In this document: positions 24,428-31,730 of the stretch, in pieces | How the letters are laid out: each line of letters starts with the position of its first letter | How positions within the stretch are numbered: position 1 is the stretch's first letter | Virus record (IMG/VR): IMGVR_UViG_3300035181_001055 | Coordinates: 1 to 64,000 of that record | Direction: 5' to 3' (one strand) | DNA: 64,000 nt | Source: a virus | Translations under genes and position numbers: made by a program | Notes under the pieces: model-generated | Told to the model about the DNA's origin: nothing | Database searches by the model: none | Seen by the model: the letters and a program-made list of their open reading frames with translations, nothing else

Positions 24428-25123
24428 GTGAAAGTCTTCTTCACCAGCAAAGGCAAAAAAGTCATCATCGTCTATTGCGACATTGTTATTGATAACAAAT
24501 TCTACTTTTACGAGGATATTCACGACCTCGTGAAAAACAAAAAGCTGACAGCTGAAGAATACGACGAGATCATGTCCGCATTTTCAGGTATGCCTGAAAC
24601 TGATGAGACCATCAACGAGTATGCTCGCAGCGAAGACCTTGATGTTCGCCGCATTTTGGCACAACTTGGGTATGCGCCCGAAATTCTGGTCAATGACCCT
24701 GATCATGCGGTTCGAACTGAAGTCGCTAATAATGGAGACTACCTTGAAAAGCTGATTAACGATCCACACCCCGTTGTGCGTTCAAAGGTTGCCGAACTGG
24801 GTTATAGGCTTGATATCTTGGTTAACGATCCAAGCCATATCGTTCGAGAAGTTGTTGCTGAGCAAGAATATGGGCTCGAAAAGCTGGTACACGACCCGTC
24901 ACCTTATGTTCGCGCTGCTGTTGCTGAGCAAGAATATGGGCTCGAAAAGCTGGTACACGACCCGTCACCTTATGTTCGCGCTGCTGTTGCTGAGCAAGAA
25001 TATGGCCTTGACATCCTTAAAAATGATGAACATCCTTATGTTCAAAAGGCAGTAGAGAAAGCGATCTTGAAACAAAAACAAAATAATGTTTCTGAAAATG
25101 AAGAAAGGGATAAAAATGTTTGA
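24428..25123 (+). CDS. 22-aa HEAT-like repeat protein (paralogue 2)
   Basis: GAGGAG RBS + GTG; VAEQEYGLEKLVHDPSPYVRAA repeats; N-terminus resembles 14087. Confidence 0.8.
   Translation: MKVFFTSKGKKVIIVYCDIVIDNKFYFYEDIHDLVKNKKLTAEEYDEIMSAFSGMPETDETINEYARSEDLDVRRILAQLGYAPEILVNDPDHAVRTEVANNGDYLEKLINDPHPVVRSKVAELGYRLDILVNDPSHIVREVVAEQEYGLEKLVHDPSPYVRAAVAEQEYGLEKLVHDPSPYVRAAVAEQEYGLDILKNDEHPYVQKAVEKAILKQKQNNVSENEERDKNV
24853..25005 (+). repeat. Exact 66-bp tandem repeat, about 2.3 copies
   Basis: Identical units starting at 24853, 24919 and 24985. Confidence 0.95.
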
Positions 25124-25730
25124 AAAGATTAGATATGAGGGGCACCACCATATTTCACCAGATGATGCTACTTTACCCTTGCCGAAGGCACGCGATTTGT
25201 TTTTCACCAAGCAAGTCGATCAATCTAGCATTGCTGAGCTCTCACAATCAATCGTCACGATCAACAAGAATGACGAATACCTGCGTAAGTTGTACCCAGT
25301 ATATGACTTAAGCTATAATCCTGCACCGATCAAAATCTATATTGACAGCTACGGCGGTTCCGTATATCAATGCTTCGGTCTCCTTTCCATCATGGATAAC
25401 TCAAAGACGCCGATTCATACCATCGTCACTGGCACAGCTATGTCGTGTGGATTCATGATGGCGATCCATGGACATAAACGGTTCGCCATGCGAAACTCGA
25501 CGTTGATGTTCCATCAAGTCGGTAGCGTGGTTTGGGGAAAGCTGAAAGACATGGAAGAAGAAATTGCTGAGGCACAACGCCTGCAGAAACGACTCATGGA
25601 AATGACCGTGAAGCGCACAAAGATCAGTCTGGCGAAGCTGGAAGAGAATTACAAGACGAAAACGGACTGGTACATGGATGCTGACGAAGCTCTAGCTAAC
25701 GGCGTCATCGACAAGATTCTAGGCGTTTGA
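25116..25730 (+). CDS. clpP: ClpP-like serine protease
   Basis: IKIYIDSYGGSV, AMSCG (Ser), LMFHQ (His), KTDWYMDADEAL..GVIDKI (Asp). Confidence 0.9.
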   Translation: MFEKIRYEGHHHISPDDATLPLPKARDLFFTKQVDQSSIAELSQSIVTINKNDEYLRKLYPVYDLSYNPAPIKIYIDSYGGSVYQCFGLLSIMDNSKTPIHTIVTGTAMSCGFMMAIHGHKRFAMRNSTLMFHQVGSVVWGKLKDMEEEIAEAQRLQKRLMEMTVKRTKISLAKLEENYKTKTDWYMDADEALANGVIDKILGV

Positions 25731-25793
25731 CATGAGCTTGTCGCTCTGATTGACGCGTCGCACGCGCGCACGAAGCTCGCAACATCAAAAAAT

Positions 25794-25844
25794 AACCTTA
25801 CTAGCGGTAAGGTCGGTTGACAGCGGCTGAAAATAGTCTATAAT
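25794..25844 (+). promoter_or_regulatory. Palindrome-promoter cassette 11
   Basis: AACCTTAC-TAGCG-GTAAGGTC, TTGACA 25817, TATAAT 25839. Confidence 0.9.
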
Positions 25845-25882
25845 AAACTCATCAGTAACGGAAACAGTGGAAAGCAAATATC

Positions 25883-26128
25883 ATGAGCTACAAAGTTGTC
25901 CTTACTCATATCAACAACATCGAAATCGGCGACACGGTCGAGATCGACGGCGTGCTGAAAACAGTCGGAAAAGAGGACATCAAGCCCGATTCTTTCCTCG
26001 GTCGCACCCTCTTCGGCGACTGCTTTTCTCTCGGATGTGAACCAGTTCGAAAAGTCATTTTTCCTAACCAACCAAAAAAAGTCACAAAGCCTTCTTCTTT
26101 CAAGCGCATTGTTCATCGTCTGAAGTAA
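25883..26128 (+). CDS. Hypothetical early protein
   Basis: ATCATG start after cassette 11. Confidence 0.7.
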   Translation: MSYKVVLTHINNIEIGDTVEIDGVLKTVGKEDIKPDSFLGRTLFGDCFSLGCEPVRKVIFPNQPKKVTKPSSFKRIVHRLK

Positions 26129-26133
26129 TCATC

Positions 26134-26604
26134 ATGAAAAAAGCAATCTTGACTATCGGCATAAGCGCCAGCGGTAAGTCCACTTGGGCTGCAGAATACT
26201 GCGCCAAAAACGAAGGCACTCAAGAAATCAATCGCGACTATATTCGCAAGTGCCTTTACACCATGGAAACTGGCAAACCGTTCACATGGAGCGAATGGAA
26301 ATGGGAACCTAAAGTCACATTGACTCAGCGCGAAATGATCGAGCGCGCAGCTAAAAGTCAGCGAGTAAAAACTATCATCATTTCCGATACTAACCTCAAT
26401 CTCAACCGCATCAAAGAAATGCGCGAGTGGCTCGAAAGTATCGGATTTGAAGTTGAGTACAAGATTTTTCGCGTCGATTACGAAGAGGCAGTTAAACGAG
26501 ACGCCAAGCGCAACGATAGCGTCGGGTCTCTTGTGATCGAGAGACAGCTCGAACACTTCAACGAACTCATGAAATCGTTCAAAGAACTCGAGGCGGTATC
26601 GTGA
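26134..26604 (+). CDS. Polynucleotide kinase-like P-loop kinase (PseT kinase domain only)
   Basis: ILTIGISASGKSTWA, INRDYIR, IIISDTNLN, EAVKRDAKR. Confidence 0.85.
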   Translation: MKKAILTIGISASGKSTWAAEYCAKNEGTQEINRDYIRKCLYTMETGKPFTWSEWKWEPKVTLTQREMIERAAKSQRVKTIIISDTNLNLNRIKEMREWLESIGFEVEYKIFRVDYEEAVKRDAKRNDSVGSLVIERQLEHFNELMKSFKELEAVS

Positions 26605-26864
26605 ATCTGATCAAATGCAAAGTTTGTGGTGAGGGCTACGTAATCGACTGCGAAGATCAGTTCGAAGCAGACTACATGGGGTTCAAAGAGAATCTGACCT
26701 TGCACTATAAAACATGCGATTTTTGCGACTCCGAATTCGTCGATGAAGAGGATATGCGCAAAAATAAGAAGAAGATGCTCGATTTCAAGCATGATGTTTT
26801 GAAAAGAATTATCATTGATGGAATCAAACCCGCCGCCACTACAAACGATCTAAATCGGAAATGA
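26601..26864 (+). CDS. MqsA/YgiT-type zinc-finger protein lacking the HTH domain
   Basis: CKVC..G...YMG....LH..TCDFC...DEE......F..V spacing matches the MqsA N-terminal domain. Confidence 0.65.
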   Translation: MNLIKCKVCGEGYVIDCEDQFEADYMGFKENLTLHYKTCDFCDSEFVDEEDMRKNKKKMLDFKHDVLKRIIIDGIKPAATTNDLNRK

Positions 26865-26865
26865 A

Positions 26866-27255
26866 ATGGGATACGATTATCACAAAGATGGCACGACGCC
26901 TCTTGATGAGAGCATTTTTGTCTTCGGCAGTAATCTTGCTGGCATACATGGTGCGGGGGCTGCTAAAGTTGCTTTACGGCTCTTTGGCGCTAAGTATGGC
27001 ATTGGGGAAGGGCTAGTCGGCAGATCGTATGCGATCCCGACGAAGGACGAAGAGATCATGACACTCCCTCTTGAAGAGATCTCGAAATCGGTCACTCGTT
27101 TTTCAGATTTCGCTAGATCGAATCCCGAGATGAAATTCTGGGTTACGAAAATCGGATGTGGGCTCGCTGGGTATAATGACGAACAGATTGCCCCTATGTT
27201 CAAAGGAGCACCTAGCAATTGCAACATGCCACTCGATTGGAAGAGGTTTTTATGA
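26866..27255 (+). CDS. A1S_2505-like phage non-structural protein (macrodomain-like)
   Basis: IFVFGSNLAGIHGAGAA, SYAIPTK, VTKIGCGLAGY, IAPMF. Confidence 0.75.
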   Translation: MGYDYHKDGTTPLDESIFVFGSNLAGIHGAGAAKVALRLFGAKYGIGEGLVGRSYAIPTKDEEIMTLPLEEISKSVTRFSDFARSNPEMKFWVTKIGCGLAGYNDEQIAPMFKGAPSNCNMPLDWKRFL

Positions 27256-27455
27256 AAGAGAGCAAGCTGGTCATAAGGACGTATGTGAGCACATGGAGCA
27301 ACGTTATGAAGAAGGTTCGAGAGATCAACAGAATGGCGATGAAGCACAAGCTGAAGGAGAGCTCGGTCATCATCGAAGACGACGTCCAATATGTCCCGAA
27401 CGGAAGGCGGAAGACCATCAAAGGGGCGAAGCTCACATGGGCATACATCGTGTAG
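27252..27455 (+). CDS. Hypothetical protein
   Basis: GAGG RBS, ATGA overlap. Confidence 0.55.
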   Translation: MKESKLVIRTYVSTWSNVMKKVREINRMAMKHKLKESSVIIEDDVQYVPNGRRKTIKGAKLTWAYIV

Positions 27456-27500
27456 GGGTATTTTGAAACGGTTTGTAGCGGCGAAAATCTTGCCTATAAT
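27452..27500 (+). promoter_or_regulatory. Weak cassette-like promoter
   Basis: GTAGGGGT half-site, TATAAT 27495 and CAACGAA leader, poor -35. Confidence 0.4.
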
Positions 27501-27622
27501 ATCCACATGAACAACGAAGGAGAGGGGTCATCCATGAAAGTAATGATCATCCACAAATCCAGAAACGCGGTTACATGGTCCGCGTGTGTCACTACTAAAA
27601 TCCACTGCTTTGAGGTATAAAT

Positions 27623-28201
27623 ATGCGAATCGGATTCACAGGTGCACATCGAACTGGTAAAACTACACTGGCAAAAGATATCGCAGATTCTCTGAAGATC
27701 AAATTCTATCCGACTAAAGTTAGCGAAGCGCCGATTTGGAAAGCAATTCGCTCAAGCCCATCAGACAGCTTCACTTTTGCCGAACGCCTCGAAATTCAAT
27801 CACACTTGGCCCATTACCTGGATGGTCAATATGGAAACATCAAAGAAAAAGCCTATGTCGTGGACAGGACTCCTCTTGACATTCTTGGGTATCTATTTGC
27901 TAATTTGGATAGTACGTGCAGTGATCTATGGACCGCCAAAACGAGATCTTTGATCGAGCAAGTCATCGAATCGTGCGAGAAAAATTTTTCGAAGATCTTT
28001 CTCGTTCAGCCAGGAATCCACGTAAGGGATGACGACGGCAAGAGCGGCAAAACGTTCATGAGCTATCCTTACCAACTGGCGATCAGCAACAACATTCTTG
28101 CTTTCGGACATAAGTACCTAGGAGACGGAAAATTCATCGTCATCCCCGAAGAGATGACCTCGCTTGATGAGCGTGTTCGATATGCGCTAGATTGGATTTA
28201 A
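27623..28201 (+). CDS. AAA_28/dNMP-kinase-like P-loop NTPase
   Basis: IGFTGAHRTGKTTLA Walker A, VVDRTPLD. Confidence 0.75.
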   Translation: MRIGFTGAHRTGKTTLAKDIADSLKIKFYPTKVSEAPIWKAIRSSPSDSFTFAERLEIQSHLAHYLDGQYGNIKEKAYVVDRTPLDILGYLFANLDSTCSDLWTAKTRSLIEQVIESCEKNFSKIFLVQPGIHVRDDDGKSGKTFMSYPYQLAISNNILAFGHKYLGDGKFIVIPEEMTSLDERVRYALDWI

Positions 28202-28206
28202 TCAAC

Positions 28207-28282
28207 GGGCCAGTAGCTTAAAGGTCAGAGCGTCCGACTCATAATCGGTTGGTTGCAGGTTCGAGTCCTGCCTGGCCCACCA
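28207..28282 (+). tRNA. tRNA(CAU), more likely Ile2 than Met
   Basis: GGGCCAG/CTGGCCC acceptor, CCGA-ctCATaa-TCGG arm resembling bacterial Ile2; CCA. Confidence 0.85.
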
Positions 28283-28287
28283 AAAAG

Positions 28288-28310
28288 AAAGCCCTCTTTA
28301 CGAGGGCTTT
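28288..28310. terminator. Bidirectional intrinsic terminator
   Basis: AAAGCCCTC-TTTAC-GAGGGCTTT between convergent transcription units. Confidence 0.8.
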
Positions 28311-28753
28311 GCTATTGCTGATCTTTCTTCTATGCCTCGAACGAGATGACAATGGTGCTTGCCTGATATATTCCCGTTATAGTAGAGCATCTCGCCGTTC
28401 TCGTCGACTTTCTCAAGCACGCCCAGCATATACTGAAGCTTAACTTCCATGTAGTTCACGTCGCGATCTAGCTTATGCAAGCTCAGTATGCGACGTTCGA
28501 ATCTGTCTCCGCCATGCTCTTTGACCAATCGCTTGATCTCGTCACATGAGCTATAGTACTTGCGCCAATCGCTTTCGACTGTCACGCGTCGAGCCTTTCC
28601 TTTGACCTTTCGCTTACTCCAGAAGAACTTCTTGCCTATGTAGCGTTTTCCGTTGACCTTGTCGACTAGCTCGTAAACGAACCCAGCATAGTCGCCGCAA
28701 TCGAGAAAAGGCTCGCCATTGAAAAGCCAAGGGTTATCGTATTCGACTGTCAT
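28298..28753 (-). CDS. GIY-YIG-like putative endonuclease
   Basis: GFVYELVDKVNGKRYIGKK, ESDWRKYYSS. Confidence 0.75.
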   Translation of the reverse strand: MTVEYDNPWLFNGEPFLDCGDYAGFVYELVDKVNGKRYIGKKFFWSKRKVKGKARRVTVESDWRKYYSSCDEIKRLVKEHGGDRFERRILSLHKLDRDVNYMEVKLQYMLGVLEKVDENGEMLYYNGNISGKHHCHLVRGIEERSAIAKPS

Positions 28754-29370
28754 GCGGTTCTGCTCACTGCAGTGTCATTCCCGCTCGAAGCCCAGTACTT
28801 GTAACTAAGAGTAACAGTCACGGTTTGTACAGCATTCATTGTGCTGTAACTCAAATCAACAACGCCGATGTTTATCGGGTAAGCTTCGTATAAGTCAACG
28901 AAATATGCATCGTTCCCTTCGATGTCAATCGTAGTTATTCGAACATCGCTAGTGAATTCATTATAGTAGTTGACAGTATTGCTCCCGATGTTTATCGCAG
29001 CATTCTGCCATATATCAAAATACTCTCTTGTTGAATAATCAGTGTCAGCATAGAAACTGAATGTGACAGGGTCATAGCTTTGAGAATAAGGAACTCTGTA
29101 AGGCGCAGCGAGTTGCTTATGATCGTATGTCAGAAGCGTTCTTTGAGGAAGAGAACAGCTATGGCACATTACATTTATATTCCCATTCCTGTTCAGATTC
29201 GCCTCTTGTGACTTTATATTTGACGCAGCGCTATCGCTATTGACGCCAGGGAGATCAGGGGAAGCATTGAAGCCTTGAGGCAATGAAAATTCAACGCGAT
29301 AACGGCTAGGTCTAGCAAACCCCTTGTTGAATCTCGAAATGAAGGATTTTAAGCTATAGTCTCTGCTCAT
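28750..29370 (-). CDS. gp54: Baseplate tail-tube initiator
   Basis: ARPSRYRVEF, CHSCSLPQRTL, YDPVTFSF, LYEAYPINIG, TLSYKYW; ATGA overlap with gp2. Confidence 0.85.
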   Translation of the reverse strand: MSRDYSLKSFISRFNKGFARPSRYRVEFSLPQGFNASPDLPGVNSDSAASNIKSQEANLNRNGNINVMCHSCSLPQRTLLTYDHKQLAAPYRVPYSQSYDPVTFSFYADTDYSTREYFDIWQNAAINIGSNTVNYYNEFTSDVRITTIDIEGNDAYFVDLYEAYPINIGVVDLSYSTMNAVQTVTVTLSYKYWASSGNDTAVSRTA

Positions 29371-29924
29371 CTTGCATTCCTCCAAACAACATTTGCCGAA
29401 GCTTTCTGGAATTGTTGCGTCGGAAGAAACGCGACATTTTCCCAGCTCTCATAGCTTACTTTGATAATCTTGCTCTTTATATGATTTGTCAAGTATCTCT
29501 TCAAACAAGGTTGGAAAAGTTTTTGCTTTACAGTTCCTTTTAGAATTTTGTAACTAACTCTCATATATGCGCCATTAGTGGTGCTTTCTTCTTTTAGTTT
29601 CAGCAAAGCATCCATTATCTTTGCTCTGAGTTGAGGCGGCAGATAGTGAAGATTTAATGCCAAAAATCCGTCATTATACAAATCAATAGGTATAGCAAGA
29701 GGGAATTTGTCCCAGTAAGGCAATGTGTCTTTCAATTTTGGATCGTAGATGAAATGAAACATTCCGCCGATAAATGGGTCTCTGATAGGGTTGAAAGTAT
29801 TTTCAGGGAATGCGTTCGCAGAGCTCTTTATCTGGTTATAGAACCATTTGAGACTATTGTTGGCAAGTTTTTTTCCATTCCCGCCGCTCTTATTAACCTT
29901 ATCTTCTATCGTTTCCTTTTTCAT
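29367..29924 (-). CDS. gp2: DNA end protector protein
   Basis: GGMFHFIYDPKLKDTLPYWDKFPL, GFLALNLHYLPP, PCLKRYL. Confidence 0.9.
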   Translation of the reverse strand: MKKETIEDKVNKSGGNGKKLANNSLKWFYNQIKSSANAFPENTFNPIRDPFIGGMFHFIYDPKLKDTLPYWDKFPLAIPIDLYNDGFLALNLHYLPPQLRAKIMDALLKLKEESTTNGAYMRVSYKILKGTVKQKLFQPCLKRYLTNHIKSKIIKVSYESWENVAFLPTQQFQKASANVVWRNAR

Positions 29925-30375
29925 TTCGTTTAGCTAATCCCAATTCGTATTCTGTTAAAATGATGAACTCAAATCCGTTCTTCTTAGCCCATTCGCGAGC
30001 AGCTTTCCATTTATCTTGATTGATTTGATATGTCAAACACTCTTGTATATAAGTCTTTTCTTTCTTTCTGCCTCGAATAGGCGCTTGAGTTTGCGAATAA
30101 GGTTTTATTTCTATTGCTAAATTCTGTATTGATCCATCAGCTTTCTTGATTTGGACGAAGAAATCAATGAAGTATCGACGAACTCTCTTATCAACTTCAC
30201 TATAGTATTGAATCGGATATATTTCGCTGCCCCATTTCAGAACACTCGGATTTGTGTCACACCAAACCATGAATTTTCTTTCCCATAGGCTTCTGAACAC
30301 TACATCTTTATAATCACCGACGTATTTTTCTGGATGAAGTACGGCGTATCTGCCTTGATAGTAATTATGCGCCAA
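29899..30375 (-). CDS. gp4: Head completion nuclease (TnsA-like)
   Basis: YQGRY....PEKYVGD, RSLWERKFM.WCD.NP.V.KWGSE, RYFIDF, EIKP. Confidence 0.92.
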   Translation of the reverse strand: MAHNYYQGRYAVLHPEKYVGDYKDVVFRSLWERKFMVWCDTNPSVLKWGSEIYPIQYYSEVDKRVRRYFIDFFVQIKKADGSIQNLAIEIKPYSQTQAPIRGRKKEKTYIQECLTYQINQDKWKAAREWAKKNGFEFIILTEYELGLAKRNEKGNDRR

Positions 30376-30394
30376 TGGAAATTTCCTCTCGCCT

Positions 30395-30429
30395 CATAAA
30401 TATCATGTGAAATTATACAGATATTTATC
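30395..30429. promoter_or_regulatory. Pair of opposed late promoters between divergent gp4 and gp48
   Basis: CATAAATA at 30395 (+) and GATAAATA at 30422-29 (-). Confidence 0.6.
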
Positions 30430-30435
30430 ACAATC

Positions 30436-31191
30436 ATGGCAAACTACAAATACCCAGCAAATGTAGGCGATGATGTTTTCCAGGCTTGCATTCAATTCAG
30501 TGAATGGGAGCGCCAAGATAGAAAATCATCTAAGCCCGCTAACACATACACTCTATATATGCCAGAAAGACTGGTTAACCCGAATACGGTTAGCTGGGAT
30601 GCTGAGAAACTAGGCGTTATAGCAGGGATTGGCACACAGATGTTGCACGGGAAAGAAGGCGCAATGGATGGATTGCGTCAATTGGGCGACGCTGCTATAT
30701 GGAGAGGAGGCTTCAATTTAGCTAGCACTTTGGGGCAAATGCTAGGAAGTGGAGCTTCAGCTGAGACGCTTATGGGCGCAGCAGCCCAGAAGATTCCGAA
30801 CCCCTACTTGACGATGATATTTCGTGGAGTTGATTTCAGAACTTTTGAGTTCTCTTTCAAGCTATATCCGCACAGTCAAGCGGACACGCAAACGATTTAC
30901 GACATGATTAAATCTCTCAGAAAGGCTTCACTCCCGCCAGGAAAAGGCGGAGCCAATGAAGCAATCTTAGGCTATCCAAACGAATTTACGATTGAGTACC
31001 AATTCGAGGGGAAACCTAATAAATGGCTCAATAAATTCAAACGATGCGTTCTTGTTGGGATCGATACAGACTACACAGGGTCTGGCATGTGGAGCATGAC
31101 GCGCGACGGATTCCCAGCAGAGATTTCCCTGAACTTGAGATTCACTGAAATCGAAATCGTCTTGCGAGATGATGTTGAGGAGGGATACTGA
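30436..31191 (+). CDS. gp48: Baseplate tail-tube cap
   Basis: NPYLTMIFRGVDFRTFEFSFKLYP, YPNEF.IEY, KRCVL, F.EIE. Confidence 0.88.
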   Translation: MANYKYPANVGDDVFQACIQFSEWERQDRKSSKPANTYTLYMPERLVNPNTVSWDAEKLGVIAGIGTQMLHGKEGAMDGLRQLGDAAIWRGGFNLASTLGQMLGSGASAETLMGAAAQKIPNPYLTMIFRGVDFRTFEFSFKLYPHSQADTQTIYDMIKSLRKASLPPGKGGANEAILGYPNEFTIEYQFEGKPNKWLNKFKRCVLVGIDTDYTGSGMWSMTRDGFPAEISLNLRFTEIEIVLRDDVEEGY

Positions 31192-31730
31192 TGGCTTTTT
31201 TCAAGTACTTCCCAAGAATAGATTACTCTCTGGACGGTCAGAATAGCCGCGTCGTAAACATATCGACAGCTTTTATGCTGAAAAGAACAAAAATTGATGA
31301 CTCTTTTGTATTCCAAAAATACACAGTCCAAGATGGAGAATTGCCTGAAAGCGTTTCAGAAAATATCTACAAAACGCCGAAATATTACTGGACAATTCTC
31401 TTAGTAAATAATATCGTAGATCCTATGACTGAATGGCTGATGGATAGTACAACACTAGAGAATTTCGTTGAAGCGAAGTACGCAGACGGTTTAACAGGAA
31501 TCCATCACTTTTATGATACCGCCAATAACAGAATATGCGATGATGTTGATGATAAAAATCTAAGATTGTTAGTGGGAACTAGTTCATTTCCGAGCGAAAT
31601 AATGCCAGTAACGAACTATCAATATGAAATCGACATGAATGAGCAGCGAAGACAAATCACTGTTATAACCCCTAAAGCGATTTCTCGATTCGCAGATGAC
31701 TATCAACGCATGCTTGAGAGTAAACAATGA
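31191..31730 (+). CDS. gp53: Baseplate wedge subunit
   Basis: FFKYFPRIDY, YTVQDGELPESVS..IY....YWTILLVNNI.DP..EW. Confidence 0.9.
   Translation: MAFFKYFPRIDYSLDGQNSRVVNISTAFMLKRTKIDDSFVFQKYTVQDGELPESVSENIYKTPKYYWTILLVNNIVDPMTEWLMDSTTLENFVEAKYADGLTGIHHFYDTANNRICDDVDDKNLRLLVGTSSFPSEIMPVTNYQYEIDMNEQRRQITVITPKAISRFADDYQRMLESKQ

Noticed and set aside
25727-25756. TTGACA after clpP as a promoter
   Set aside because: There is no -10 hexamer at 16-18 nt spacing.
13707-25882. Recurrent palindromic repeats resembling a CRISPR array
   Set aside because: The units are promoters separated by genes of 0.25-3 kb, not 25-45 nt spacers, and no cas genes are present.
28298-28753. GIY-YIG gene as an intron-borne homing endonuclease
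   Set aside because: It is free-standing, short, lacks an obvious DNA-binding tail and does not interrupt a gene.
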